DNA of 64,000 nucleotides from an uncultured Candidatus Bathyarchaeia archaeon (GCA_964529745.1 CAZGZR010000003.1:1420-65419); one strand, 5' to 3'; counted from the stretch's first letter, positions 54,242-63,591 are shown. Notes: a model not told the origin generated them from the sequence alone. Translations and numbers: made by a program.

Positions 54242-55099
54242 ATGGGTATGTATAGACAGCTGGTCAGGGACAGGATCAAGGAGTTTCTGCGGGAGGATGT
54301 AGGCTACGGTGACGTCACCTCGGAGGCCCTCATCCCCGCCGACCAGATGGCCAGGGCTCGTCTTTTCTTCAGGGAGCCCGGTGTGGCGTCCGGGCTCATG
54401 GAGGCGTCCATTGTGTTCGAGCTTCTGGGCTGTGAAGTCGAGATGCATGCTATGGACGGCGACGCCGTGGAGACCGCTCAGACCCTCCTGGAGGTGGGGG
54501 GGCCCGCCGCGGCGATTCTTTCGGGGGAGCGGACGGCGCTGAACATAGTCGGCAGGATGGCCGGGATAGCCACCGTCACCGCTAGGATCGTGGGAGAGGT
54601 GAACGAGGCCAGCCCCGGGACGCGCGTTGCCGCCACCCGGAAGACCATGCCCGGTCTCCGAGACCTCGACAAGAGGGCCGTGGAGCACGGAGGCGGCGAC
54701 ACCCACCGGTTCAGGCTCGACGACTGCGTCCTCATAAAGGACAACCACCTGGAGCTGGTGCCCTCGGTCACGGAGGCGGTGCTCAGGGCCCGTGAGGCGG
54801 TTAGCTTCACAAAGAAGATCGAGGTCGAGGTGAGTTCCCTGGAGATGGCGGAGGAGGCAGCCCTCGCGGGCGCCGAGATAATAATGTTCGACAACATGGC
54901 CCCATCGGAGATACGCAGATGCCTCGCAGAGCTGGAGGAGAGAGGGCTCAGGACCGGCTTCATATACGAAGCCTCGGGCGGGATCACGTCCGAGAACGCG
55001 GCGGAGTACGCCGCCTCCGGCGTGGACATCATCAGCCTGGGCGCCCTCACCCACAGCGTCAGGAGCCTCGACGTGAAGCTAGAGATAGAGATGGTGTGA
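54242..55099 (+). CDS. nadC: Nicotinate-nucleotide diphosphorylase (quinolinate phosphoribosyltransferase)
   Basis: ED...GDVTS, ERTALN, TRKT.PG.R, HR..L.D..LIKDNH, IEVEV, FDN, EASGGI. Confidence 0.96.
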   Translation: MGMYRQLVRDRIKEFLREDVGYGDVTSEALIPADQMARARLFFREPGVASGLMEASIVFELLGCEVEMHAMDGDAVETAQTLLEVGGPAAAILSGERTALNIVGRMAGIATVTARIVGEVNEASPGTRVAATRKTMPGLRDLDKRAVEHGGGDTHRFRLDDCVLIKDNHLELVPSVTEAVLRAREAVSFTKKIEVEVSSLEMAEEAALAGAEIIMFDNMAPSEIRRCLAELEERGLRTGFIYEASGGITSENAAEYAASGVDIISLGALTHSVRSLDVKLEIEMV

Positions 55100-56023
55100 T
55101 TGGAGCTCAGCGATCTTCAGCGCCGCATACTGGAGCTCAAGGAGGAGAAGAAAGGAGTCCTCCTGGTCCACAACTATCAGATACCCGAGATACAGGAGAT
55201 CGCGGACTATCTGGGGGACTCGCTGCAGCTCTGCAGGCAGGCCCAGCGCGTGAAAGACGCGGAGCTCATAGTATTCTGCGGCGTGGACTTCATGGCCGAG
55301 ACGGCCGCCATACTCAACCCGGACAAGAAGGTGATAATCCCGAGCCTGGAGGCGTGCTGCCCCATGGCGGCCATGCTGCCCCTGAGCAGGCTAAGGGAGG
55401 CCAAGAGGAGGCACCCGGGGGACCCGGTGGTGCTATACGTGAACACCCTCGCCGAGGCCAAGGCAGAGGCGACTGTCATCTGCACCTCGTCAAACGCGGA
55501 CAAGATCGTCGCCAGGCTAGGCGTGGACGAGGTGATCTTCGGCCCTGACAGGAACCTTGCGTACTACGTGGAGAAGCGGGTGCCCGATGTGAAGCTCGTG
55601 GTGGTTCCCGATGACGGCTACTGCAACGTACATAAGTTTCTAGGCAACGGCGACGAGGCCATGGAGCTGAAGAAAAAGTACCCCGGCGCGGAGGTGTGGG
55701 CTCACCCTGAGTGCGAGCCCGAGTTCCAGGACAGGGCAGACTACGTGCTGTCCACCGGCGGCATGATGAGGCGGGCCGTGGAGTCGGATGCCGAGGTCTT
55801 CATCGTCGGGACCGAGCAGGGCCTCATCGACAGGCTCAGGAGCGAACACCCTCACAAGACCTTCCTGCCTGTGAAGAAGTACGCGGAGTGCGCCGCCATG
55901 AAGCGAATCGACCTGGATAATCTCTACGAGGCTCTGCTTAAGGAGCAGTACGTGGTGACGGTGCCCGAGGACACGGCGGACAAGGCTAGGCGAGCCATCG
56001 AGCGCATGCTTCAGATGAGTTAG
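55100..56023 (+). CDS. nadA: Quinolinate synthase
   Basis: HNYQ, GDSL.L, FCGV.FMAETA, CPMA, YVNT, CTSSNA, PD.NL, C.VH, HPEC, STGGM, C..MK. Confidence 0.97.
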   Translation: MELSDLQRRILELKEEKKGVLLVHNYQIPEIQEIADYLGDSLQLCRQAQRVKDAELIVFCGVDFMAETAAILNPDKKVIIPSLEACCPMAAMLPLSRLREAKRRHPGDPVVLYVNTLAEAKAEATVICTSSNADKIVARLGVDEVIFGPDRNLAYYVEKRVPDVKLVVVPDDGYCNVHKFLGNGDEAMELKKKYPGAEVWAHPECEPEFQDRADYVLSTGGMMRRAVESDAEVFIVGTEQGLIDRLRSEHPHKTFLPVKKYAECAAMKRIDLDNLYEALLKEQYVVTVPEDTADKARRAIERMLQMS

Positions 56024-56071
56024 CAATATTCTTTTCACGATCCTAGACGACTGATCCCTGCTGAGGAAGCG

Positions 56072-56590
56072 ATGTCAGTGATAGAGTTCCAGGGTAAGAA
56101 GCCAAAGATACATCCCTCCGTGTTCCTGGCCCCCGGGTCGTGGGTCATCGGCGACGTGACGCTTGACGAGGATGTGAACGTCTGGACCAACGCCGTCATA
56201 CGGGGCGACGATGATACGGTCAGAGTAGGCGCCCGCACCACGGTGCTGGAGGGCTGCCTCATCGAGGCCCCCACCGGGAACCCCGTTGAGATAGGTTCGG
56301 ACGTCATCGTCAGCCACGGTGCCACGGTCCACGGCGCCAGGGTGGGGGACGGCGCCATCATCGGCATCGGCGCCATAGTGCTCGACAAGGCGGGCGTGGG
56401 GGAGGGCTCCATCGGGGGCTCGGGTGCCCTGGTCTCCCCCGGCGCCGAAATACCCGCCAACCACCTGGCGCTGGGCGTGCCCGCGAAGCCCGTCAGGGAG
56501 TGCAGGGAGGCCGAGCACGAGTACATGCGTAAGGAGCATGAGAGGACCCTGAGCAAGGCCAAGGTCTACAAGAAGATATACGGCGGGTAG
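56072..56590 (+). CDS. Gamma-carbonic anhydrase-like hexapeptide-repeat protein
   Basis: IGDV, VIRGD, VSHGATVHG, G.PAK..R. Confidence 0.88.
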   Translation: MSVIEFQGKKPKIHPSVFLAPGSWVIGDVTLDEDVNVWTNAVIRGDDDTVRVGARTTVLEGCLIEAPTGNPVEIGSDVIVSHGATVHGARVGDGAIIGIGAIVLDKAGVGEGSIGGSGALVSPGAEIPANHLALGVPAKPVRECREAEHEYMRKEHERTLSKAKVYKKIYGG

Positions 56591-56593
56591 CTT

Positions 56594-57250
56594 CTACTCC
56601 TTCCTGTTGTGCTTGAACGTGAACGCCGAGGGACAGATGTCGTTAAGGACGCAGTTCTCGCAGTCGGGCTTCTTGGCGGTGCACACCCTTCTGCCGTGCT
56701 CTATGAGCAGGTAGTTGGCGGCGAACCACTTATCCCGGGGTATCAGCGCCATGAGGTCCTGCTCCACCTTGTCCCGGTTCTTCTCCTCCGTGAGCCCCAG
56801 GCGGTGGCTGAGCCTCAGGACGTGGGTGTCCACTGCGATGCCCACCGTCTTGCCGAAGGCCCCAGAGAGGACGATGTTCGCCGTCTTACGGGCCACGCCC
56901 TTCAGCGTGGTGAGCTCCTCCATGGTGTCCGGGACCTTTCCGCCGTACTCCTCGACGATTGTCTTGGCGGCGGACTGGATGGCGTCGGCCTTCCTGTTAT
57001 AGAACCCGCTGGACCTGATGTCCTCGACGAGCTCATCCCTTGGCGCTTTGGCGTAGTCCTCGGCCGTCCTGTACTTCTTGAAGAGGCTCTTGGTGATCTT
57101 GTTTATCTGCTCGTCCGTGCTCTGGGCGCTGAGTATGGTGGCCACCAGGAGGTCCAGCGGCGTGGACCAGTTGAGCACCGTGCCGTGTACGTCGGGGTAC
57201 TCCTTCTCCAGCCGCCTTATGATCTCCTCCGCGCGTTCACGCTTCTCCAT
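56594..57250 (-). CDS. nth: Endonuclease III
   Basis: LVATILSAQSTD, HhH LKGVARKTAN, VDTHV.R, C.AKKP.C..C...D.C. Confidence 0.96.
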   Translation of the reverse strand: MEKRERAEEIIRRLEKEYPDVHGTVLNWSTPLDLLVATILSAQSTDEQINKITKSLFKKYRTAEDYAKAPRDELVEDIRSSGFYNRKADAIQSAAKTIVEEYGGKVPDTMEELTTLKGVARKTANIVLSGAFGKTVGIAVDTHVLRLSHRLGLTEEKNRDKVEQDLMALIPRDKWFAANYLLIEHGRRVCTAKKPDCENCVLNDICPSAFTFKHNRKE

Positions 57251-57310
57251 GACAAGGAGTCGTGCACGGCGTCATAAAAGCCTTGGAAGCCTTTAATTTC
57301 AGCCCGTCAG

Positions 57311-57940
57311 ATGCGTTGCCTGAGCGACTTGTTCTGGAGGAGGAAGAAGGAGGATAAGCAACGGGAGAGGCTCCCGCCCAAGCAGCGTTGGGTACCCAAG
57401 ATACTGGGCTGGGGGGTGGAGCACCCCGGCATCGTCCGCACTCTCCCCGAAGTAGAGAAGGCGGGGTGGAGCCTGGAGGTATCCGGGGAGGTGGAGAACC
57501 CCCGGTCGTTCACGTGGGACGAGTTCATGGCCTTGCCCCAGACCGAGTCGGTGAGCGACTTCCACTGCGTCGAGACTTGGAGCGTCAAGGACCAGCGTTG
57601 GGAAGGCGTGAAGTTTAGGGACCTGTTGGACGAGGTGAAGCCCACCCGCGATGCCAAGTACGTCTCACTCGGGTGCTACGACGGCTACACCACGAGCCTG
57701 CCCATCGAGGAGCTGACGGGCGACGACGTAGTCCTGGCGCACAGGCTTAACGGCGAACCCCTGCCCCAGCCGCTGGGCGGCCCCATGAGGCTGGTGGTGC
57801 CCCACAAGTACGCCTACAAGTCGGCGATGTGGCTGAACAAGATCGTTTTCATGAAGAGGGACAGGCTCGGCTACTGGGAGTCGGGCGTGTACAGCAACAC
57901 CGCGGACCCGTGGCGTGACGACAGGTACAGGCTGCGCTGA
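57311..57940 (+). CDS. Molybdopterin-dependent oxidoreductase, sulfite-oxidase-like single domain
   Basis: DFHCVETWS, W.GV, GY.TSLP, GGP.RLVVP..Y.YKS..WL, GYWE; no signal peptide. Confidence 0.9.
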   Translation: MRCLSDLFWRRKKEDKQRERLPPKQRWVPKILGWGVEHPGIVRTLPEVEKAGWSLEVSGEVENPRSFTWDEFMALPQTESVSDFHCVETWSVKDQRWEGVKFRDLLDEVKPTRDAKYVSLGCYDGYTTSLPIEELTGDDVVLAHRLNGEPLPQPLGGPMRLVVPHKYAYKSAMWLNKIVFMKRDRLGYWESGVYSNTADPWRDDRYRLR

Positions 57941-57984
57941 TGTAACCGTTAAATCATCAGCCGCCAACTATTCACCGATTGTTC

Positions 57985-59754
57985 ATGGAGTATGATGTTT
58001 TAGTAAAGAATGTCACCATCGTGGAGGGCACCGGTAAGAAGGCTTACAAGGGAAGCCTGGCGGTTAAAGGCGACAGGGTAGTGGAGACGGGCGCCGTCAA
58101 GGGCGACGCCGCCGAGACCATAGACGCCAAGGGGCTAACGGCGGTCCCCGGGTTCATCGACGCCCACAGCCACGTGGACTGGGCTCTGCTCTGGTTCCCC
58201 AAGACGGAGAGCCACGTCATGCAGGGCATCACCACCTTCGTGGGCGGCCAGTGCGGCGGAAGCCCGGCGCCCCTCGGAGAGTACATACAGGTGCCGTGGC
58301 TCCTACAGGACCACCTCGTGGACCTTGAGCCGTACAAGTACTATCCCCGGACGCCTTGGCACAGGCTGGAGAAGGTCAACGAGTGGATGGAGGAGATATA
58401 CGGCTGGACCCTAGACTGGGAGACCATGGGAGGCTTCTTCGAGCGGGTGGAGAAGACGGGCATCAGCATCAACTACGCGCCGCTGCTGGGCCACGGCACA
58501 GTCCGCACAAAGGTGATGGGCCTCGACTACAAGAGGCACAGCACCGCGGAGGAGCGTGAGCAGATGCACGAACTCATACACCAAGCCATGGAGGAGGGCT
58601 GCATAGGCTTGAGCGCCGGCCTCGACTACGACCCCGACGTCTTCGCCGACCAGGACGAGATCGTGGAGGCCGTGGCCCAGATCAGGGAATACGGCGGCGT
58701 CTACTGCCCCCACTGGAGGCGGACGGGGCGGAGGCGCGGCGTCGCCGCAGGCCACGTGCCAAACGAGAAGATCACCGCCCTCATGGAGTGTGTGGACGTC
58801 CACGAGAAGACCGGCGTGAGGCTGCACTTCGCCCACCTCAGCACCGGCTGGCAGATATACCCCGACGCTCCCCCCGAGCTGGAGGAGGCCAACCTCAAGG
58901 CCACCATAGACATGATCACCAGAGACAGCGAGGGCGAACTAGACGTCACGTGGGACGCCATACCCTTCCTCGTCCGAGGCGGGTTCAGCGTCATGCCCTA
59001 CCTCTGCGGCCTCCTGGAGCCCTGGCTCAGGGAGCTGGGCAGCCGCGAGGCCCTAGGCAAGTGGCTCGCGGTCCCGGACTTCAGGAAGGAGGTCCTCGAG
59101 GCCATAAAGGCGGGGAAGTGGTTCATCAGGGTGGCCTACAACCCCAACACCAACCCAAGATGGGCCGAGAACCTAACCGTCACCAGAAGCAAGGTGAAGG
59201 GCATTGACGGTAAATCCGTCGCCAAGATCGCCGAGGAGAGGGAGAATGACCCGTGGGAGACGTACTGCGACATCATTGTCGAAGACCCCGACACCAGGGG
59301 CGTCACAGGCACCATGAGCTTCAGCCCCGCCTACCTCCAGTACTACACCAACCCCAAGGGCATGGTGGGCCTGGACACGCTGGTGCAGGACGAGGAGTAC
59401 CAGGCCAAGAACCCGCCTTGGAGCCTCCCCGGCATAAACACCTTCGCCGCGTTCCCCATCTTCTACAAGACCCTCGTCAACGAGCGCAAGGTCTTCACCC
59501 TGGAGGAGGCGGTGCAGAAGACCAGCGTCATGGCCGCCCGCGTCCACAACCTGGAGGGGAGAGGCACCATAGAACCGGGCAGCCACGCCGACATCGTGCT
59601 CATGGACCTGCCCCACCTCGAGATCAAGGCAAACGAGATCGAGCCCAGGAAGTACCCTGACGGCGTCAGATACGTGTTCGTCAACGGAATCCCCGTCGTA
59701 AAGGAGGGCAGACACACGGGCGCCACCCCAGGCAGGGTGCTTAAACGCGCCTAA
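57985..59754 (+). CDS. N-acyl-D-amino-acid deacylase-like amidohydrolase
   Basis: PGFIDAHSH.D, QGITT..GGQCG.S, GHG..R, G.SAGL.Y, RG.I..G..AD, V.VNG......TGA.PG..L. Confidence 0.88.
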   Translation: MEYDVLVKNVTIVEGTGKKAYKGSLAVKGDRVVETGAVKGDAAETIDAKGLTAVPGFIDAHSHVDWALLWFPKTESHVMQGITTFVGGQCGGSPAPLGEYIQVPWLLQDHLVDLEPYKYYPRTPWHRLEKVNEWMEEIYGWTLDWETMGGFFERVEKTGISINYAPLLGHGTVRTKVMGLDYKRHSTAEEREQMHELIHQAMEEGCIGLSAGLDYDPDVFADQDEIVEAVAQIREYGGVYCPHWRRTGRRRGVAAGHVPNEKITALMECVDVHEKTGVRLHFAHLSTGWQIYPDAPPELEEANLKATIDMITRDSEGELDVTWDAIPFLVRGGFSVMPYLCGLLEPWLRELGSREALGKWLAVPDFRKEVLEAIKAGKWFIRVAYNPNTNPRWAENLTVTRSKVKGIDGKSVAKIAEERENDPWETYCDIIVEDPDTRGVTGTMSFSPAYLQYYTNPKGMVGLDTLVQDEEYQAKNPPWSLPGINTFAAFPIFYKTLVNERKVFTLEEAVQKTSVMAARVHNLEGRGTIEPGSHADIVLMDLPHLEIKANEIEPRKYPDGVRYVFVNGIPVVKEGRHTGATPGRVLKRA

Positions 59755-59843
59755 AACCATTTTTTCACCCATTTTTACGTGAATAATGACTATATTTACC
59801 GGCTTAACCCCGTGGATTCGCTCAGGGAAAATCCTTTTAACCT

Positions 59844-59885
59844 TTTGCTATGCTTATCTTACGCACCAGCGTAAAAACTAGCAAA
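59844..59885. promoter_or_regulatory. Nested inverted repeat at the alba promoter/leader
   Basis: TTTGCTA(59844)...TTACGC-ACCA-GCGTAA(59859-59874)...TAGCAAA(59879-59885), directly before the GAGGAG SD. Confidence 0.5.
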
Positions 59886-59897
59886 TGAGGAGTCAAA

Positions 59898-60170
59898 ATG
59901 GAGAGATCTAACACCGTTTACATCGGACGGAAGCCTGTCCTCAACTATGTACTGGCGTGTATGACCCTGTTCAAGAGCGGCCACGGGGAGATAGTCGTGA
60001 AGGCGAGGGGCCGAAGCATCAGCCGAGCGGTTGACGTCGTGGAGGTCCTCAGGAACAGGTTCATGCCTAAGGCTGAGGTAGTGAAGATCGAGATAGGCAC
60101 CGACAAGATAGAGACCGATGACAGGGGCCCCTCTAACGTAAGCACCATTGACATATACGTCAAGGCTTAG
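59898..60170 (+). CDS. albA: DNA/RNA-binding protein Alba
   Basis: VYIGRKP.LNYV, VKARGR.IS.AVDV.E, IGT.....NVS.I.I. Confidence 0.96.
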   Translation: MERSNTVYIGRKPVLNYVLACMTLFKSGHGEIVVKARGRSISRAVDVVEVLRNRFMPKAEVVKIEIGTDKIETDDRGPSNVSTIDIYVKA

Positions 60171-60227
60171 GTGGGAACGGGCGGATCATCCACGTTGACC
60201 CCTCCGAGCGCCGGAGGAACCATCAAC

Positions 60228-60737
60228 GTGCAAATACAGCTATGCGAGTTCTGTCTGAAGAGCGGGATGCTCTGCTCGAAGTGCCAGCGTAAGGTGGAGT
60301 CAGGCGAAGTAAGCGAAACATACATGGAGGTAGCCAAGGCGCTGCTGGAGATGGAGAACGAGTACCCTTTCCTCCAGAAGACGAGGCTCGACAACGTCCT
60401 GGACGCGGGCAGGTTCCTCGTCCTCGTGGTGGGTAAAGGAGACGTGGCCAAGTTCAACGCAGAGCCCAAGCTCACCCGCGACCTCGGGGACAAGTTCAAC
60501 AAGAGGGTCCTCGTCCTAGAGTCAGGGACCAAGGACAGGCAGTTCCTCGAGGACCTCTTCGCCAACCAGCACATCGTCACCATGAACATCATCTGGCTGC
60601 CTGACGGAAGCACCGAGACCCGCGTCGTCCTACAGGGCCGAGGGTCGAGGCGTCTGAGCAAGAAGCGGCTTAAGGCGCTCACGTCGGTCGCGAAGACCGT
60701 GCGAAACATGGATCTGCGCGTCGAGTACGCCTACTGA
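60228..60737 (+). CDS. NusA-like protein (archaeal, N-terminal Cys4 motif)
   Basis: LCEFCLKSGMLCSKC, V..E......F.EDLF, IIWLPDGS; GGAGGA SD at 60213-60218 before GTG 60228. Confidence 0.8.
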   Translation: MQIQLCEFCLKSGMLCSKCQRKVESGEVSETYMEVAKALLEMENEYPFLQKTRLDNVLDAGRFLVLVVGKGDVAKFNAEPKLTRDLGDKFNKRVLVLESGTKDRQFLEDLFANQHIVTMNIIWLPDGSTETRVVLQGRGSRRLSKKRLKALTSVAKTVRNMDLRVEYAY

Positions 60738-60797
60738 CCGCCAAACTTTTTATACCCTACAACTGTTCCTAGCCTCGTATAAACCGGAGCCAGGGAC

Positions 60798-62135
60798 ATG
60801 TTTGAACGCACCTACATCGAGGACGCCGGCCGCCGCACCGGCGAGAGGGTGACCCTAGCCGGCTGGGTGAGCCGCACCAGGGACCTCAAGAACATACGCT
60901 TCATAGTGCTCAGGGACAGGACGGGGGAGATCCAGGTGGTGGTGAAGCCGGACTGCCCGGAGATTTTCGAGCTGAGCCTGGGCCGCGAGGACGTGGTGGC
61001 GGTCACCGGTGTGGCGGTGGAGAGCGACGTGGCGAAGGCCGGCGTCGAGTTCATCCCCGATGGCATCGAGGTCATAAACAGGTCCCAGCAGCCTCTGCCC
61101 GTGGACATACTGGAGAACAAGAAGAGCGACCTGGACACGCGGCTCAACTGGAGGTTCCTAGACTTCCGCAGCCCCACCACCAACGCCATATTCCGGGTCC
61201 AGAACGCCCTGGTCAAGGGCTTCAGGGAGCACCTGACGGCGGAGGGCTACATGGAGTTCCAGCCGCCGTGCATCATCGGCAGCGCCAGCGAGGGCGGCGC
61301 CGACCTCTTCGCCATCCCCTACTTCGAGAAGACGGCCTACCTGGCCCAGAGCCCCCAGCTGTACAAGCAGATGTGCGCCATGAGCTTCGAGAAGGTATTC
61401 ACCATAACGCCGATCTGGCGGGCCGAGAAGTTCAACACGCCTACCCACCTCAACGAGGTCCGGCAGATGGACATAGAGCAGGCGTTCGCCGACGACGAGA
61501 CGGTGATGTCTGTGCTGGAGGAGACCCTGGTCCACATGCTGACGGAGGCCAGGGAGGAGACGTGGGAGCAGCTGGGGCTCCTGGAAAGGGAGCTCGCTGT
61601 CCCGGATATCCCGTTCAGGCGGGTCACCTACACCGACGCCATTGGACTGCTTCAGGGCGCTGGGGAGACGATAGTGTGGGGCGACGACTTCACCAAGAGC
61701 CAGGAGGCGTTGCTCACGGAGCTGGTGGGGGAGGAGGCTTTCTTCCTCAAGGACTGGCCCGGGGAGCAGAAGACTTTCTACGCCATGCCGTACGACGAGG
61801 AGAACCCGAGGGACGCCGCCTACCTGGAGGAGACCTACGGCTCCGCGGAGATGGGCGGAAGGTTGGTCAAGGCTTTCGACCTCCTCTACGGCGGCATCGA
61901 GGTGAGCAGCGGCACCATGCGCATACATCTCCCTGAGCTCCTCAGGGAGCGCATCCGGTATAAGGGCCTGAACCCGGACAACTTCGGTTACTACCTGGAC
62001 GCGTTCAGGTACGGGGCGCCGCCCCACGCCGGGTGGAGCGTCGGCATGGAGCGTATAACCATGGCGGTGACGGGGCAGAGCAACATCAGGGAGTGCTGCA
62101 TGTTTCCCAGGGACCGGGACAGGCTGGTGCCCTAG
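60798..62135 (+). CDS. aspS: Aspartate--tRNA ligase, archaeal type
   Basis: L.GWV...RDL..I.F..LRD.TG, TRLNWR.LD.R, EGGA.LF, YLAQSPQLYKQ, WRAE, G.PPHAG...G.ER, FPRD..RL.P. Confidence 0.95.
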   Translation: MFERTYIEDAGRRTGERVTLAGWVSRTRDLKNIRFIVLRDRTGEIQVVVKPDCPEIFELSLGREDVVAVTGVAVESDVAKAGVEFIPDGIEVINRSQQPLPVDILENKKSDLDTRLNWRFLDFRSPTTNAIFRVQNALVKGFREHLTAEGYMEFQPPCIIGSASEGGADLFAIPYFEKTAYLAQSPQLYKQMCAMSFEKVFTITPIWRAEKFNTPTHLNEVRQMDIEQAFADDETVMSVLEETLVHMLTEAREETWEQLGLLERELAVPDIPFRRVTYTDAIGLLQGAGETIVWGDDFTKSQEALLTELVGEEAFFLKDWPGEQKTFYAMPYDEENPRDAAYLEETYGSAEMGGRLVKAFDLLYGGIEVSSGTMRIHLPELLRERIRYKGLNPDNFGYYLDAFRYGAPPHAGWSVGMERITMAVTGQSNIRECCMFPRDRDRLVP

Positions 62136-62136
62136 G

Positions 62137-62502
62137 TTGACGCGGCCCAGCGACTACAAGATGGTCATCGTGGTCCGCACCGACCTGGGGATGAGCGTCG
62201 GCAAGATGGTGGCCCAGGCGTGCCACGCCGCGGTGGCGGCCAGCGAGGAGTCCAAGAGGATACGAACCAAGCACTGGCGCAGGTGGAGGGACACGGGGGG
62301 CAGGAAGGTGGCCCTGGAGGCGGAGAGCCTGGAGGAGCTGAGGGAGCTGGCTCAGCGGGCCGAGGAGCTGGGCATCGTCAACGTGCTGATCGAGGACGCC
62401 GGCCACACGGAGGTGCCGCCTGGGACCGTCACGTGTCTGGGTGTAGGACCCGACCAGGCCATGAAGATCGACGAGGTAACCGGGGACCTCCCCCTGCTGT
62501 AG
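62137..62502 (+). CDS. pth2: Peptidyl-tRNA hydrolase Pth2
   Basis: KMVIVVR.DL.M..GK..AQACHA, I.DAG.TEV.PGT.T.LGVGP, TG.L.LL. Confidence 0.96.
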   Translation: MTRPSDYKMVIVVRTDLGMSVGKMVAQACHAAVAASEESKRIRTKHWRRWRDTGGRKVALEAESLEELRELAQRAEELGIVNVLIEDAGHTEVPPGTVTCLGVGPDQAMKIDEVTGDLPLL

Positions 62503-62802
62503 TGGGGCGCTGGGTAGCTTCTCAGTTGCCCCTGCGTTGTGGGCTTTCCCTCCTTCGGTCGGTGTCTCCGTGTTGGTTTGTTTTCGTTGTAGTAGGTTAG
62601 TTACTGTAAGCGTTTTCGGGGGGGACGACATGCCGCTTGGGTATTCAAATTTAAGTATTTTTATTTTGCATCCAGTTTGAAGGGTGTGTCCACCGCCGAT
62701 GGCTATCTACCGGTGAGCCATGGTCCAGCGTAAGCTACATGGTCCGGGCTACATGACAAAGATTATCACTCCCTACACCGACTGTTAAGTGCCTGGACTG
62801 GT

Positions 62803-63033
62803 GTGATGCACCCTAAGAAGAGGCTTCCTGAAGGCTCAGAGGAGATAGCCCGAGCGGGAGGCTACATCCTCGTCAAGTACGACCTGGAGAAAAAACCGTA
62901 CTACAGCGTGTTCCAGTTCTACGAGACGAGCGGAGGCACCCGCTACGTCCCCAGGGGCGGCGGTGGCAGAGACCTTGAAGAGGCGAGGCGGCAGCTTGAG
63001 AGGATAACCGGGCGAAGGCTTCCAGCCGAGTGA
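62803..63033 (+). CDS. Small hypothetical protein
   Basis: 76-aa ORF, host-like codons, GGTG SD-like motif before ATG 62806. Confidence 0.6.
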   Translation: MMHPKKRLPEGSEEIARAGGYILVKYDLEKKPYYSVFQFYETSGGTRYVPRGGGGRDLEEARRQLERITGRRLPAE

Positions 63034-63108
63034 CTGCGCGTAGATCAAAACGATTCACCCAAACGTTGCGTTGAAAGTCTTTTAAGAAATCGAGGTGACA
63101 CTTGCCTC

Positions 63109-63555
63109 ATGTTGTACTTTACATACGGCAGCTTCATGGACATAGATAATCTGAGGAAGCACACGCCCAGCGCCGAGTTCGTCTGCAGGGCGCTGATACC
63201 AAACTGGGAGGTCCAGTTCAACTATTACAGCAGCAACTACGGGGGAGGCTGCACGGGCATCGAGCCCACCCTCAACAAGCTGGTACGCGGGGCAGTCTAC
63301 GAGATACCGCCGGACGAGATGGAGCACTTGGACACCGTGGAGGGGGTCTCCAACGGAACCTATTACCGGCACCCCATAATGGTTGTCAGCGACGCAGGTG
63401 AGCCCATGCTAGCCCACGTATACCGCACCACCAACCCGAAGGGCCCTTTCAAGCCGACGAAACGCTACCTCCGATACATATTGGACGGCGCCAAAGCCCT
63501 AGGGCTCCCACCGGAGTACATAGCCCAGTTCGAGGAAGTAGAGACGGTAGACTAG
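63109..63555 (+). CDS. Gamma-glutamylcyclotransferase (AIG2-like) family
   Basis: YFTYGS.M, V.GAVY, LD..EG, P...YL..I..GA...GLP..Y. Confidence 0.9.
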   Translation: MLYFTYGSFMDIDNLRKHTPSAEFVCRALIPNWEVQFNYYSSNYGGGCTGIEPTLNKLVRGAVYEIPPDEMEHLDTVEGVSNGTYYRHPIMVVSDAGEPMLAHVYRTTNPKGPFKPTKRYLRYILDGAKALGLPPEYIAQFEEVETVD

Positions 63556-63591
63556 CCTGTTTATATCTCGCCCGGCGTTTTTCTCCCTGAG

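Noticed and set aside
55090..55105. In-frame nadC TGA / nadA TTG junction as selenocysteine or readthrough fusion
   Set aside because: Both proteins are complete at their normal termini, and GGTGTGA doubles as an SD-like coupling signal; no SECIS evidence.
59898..60737. Alba TAG followed in frame by a Gly/Ser/Thr 'linker' and the NusA-like gene (possible amber readthrough fusion)
   Set aside because: A strong GGAGGA SD sits 9 nt before GTG 60228, explaining independent initiation, and there are no pyl genes in the window.
62641..62690. Possible replication origin (AT-rich tract plus TCCAGTTTGAAGGG resembling an ORB)
   Set aside because: Only a single weak match, with no inverted ORB pair and no cdc6/orc1 nearby.
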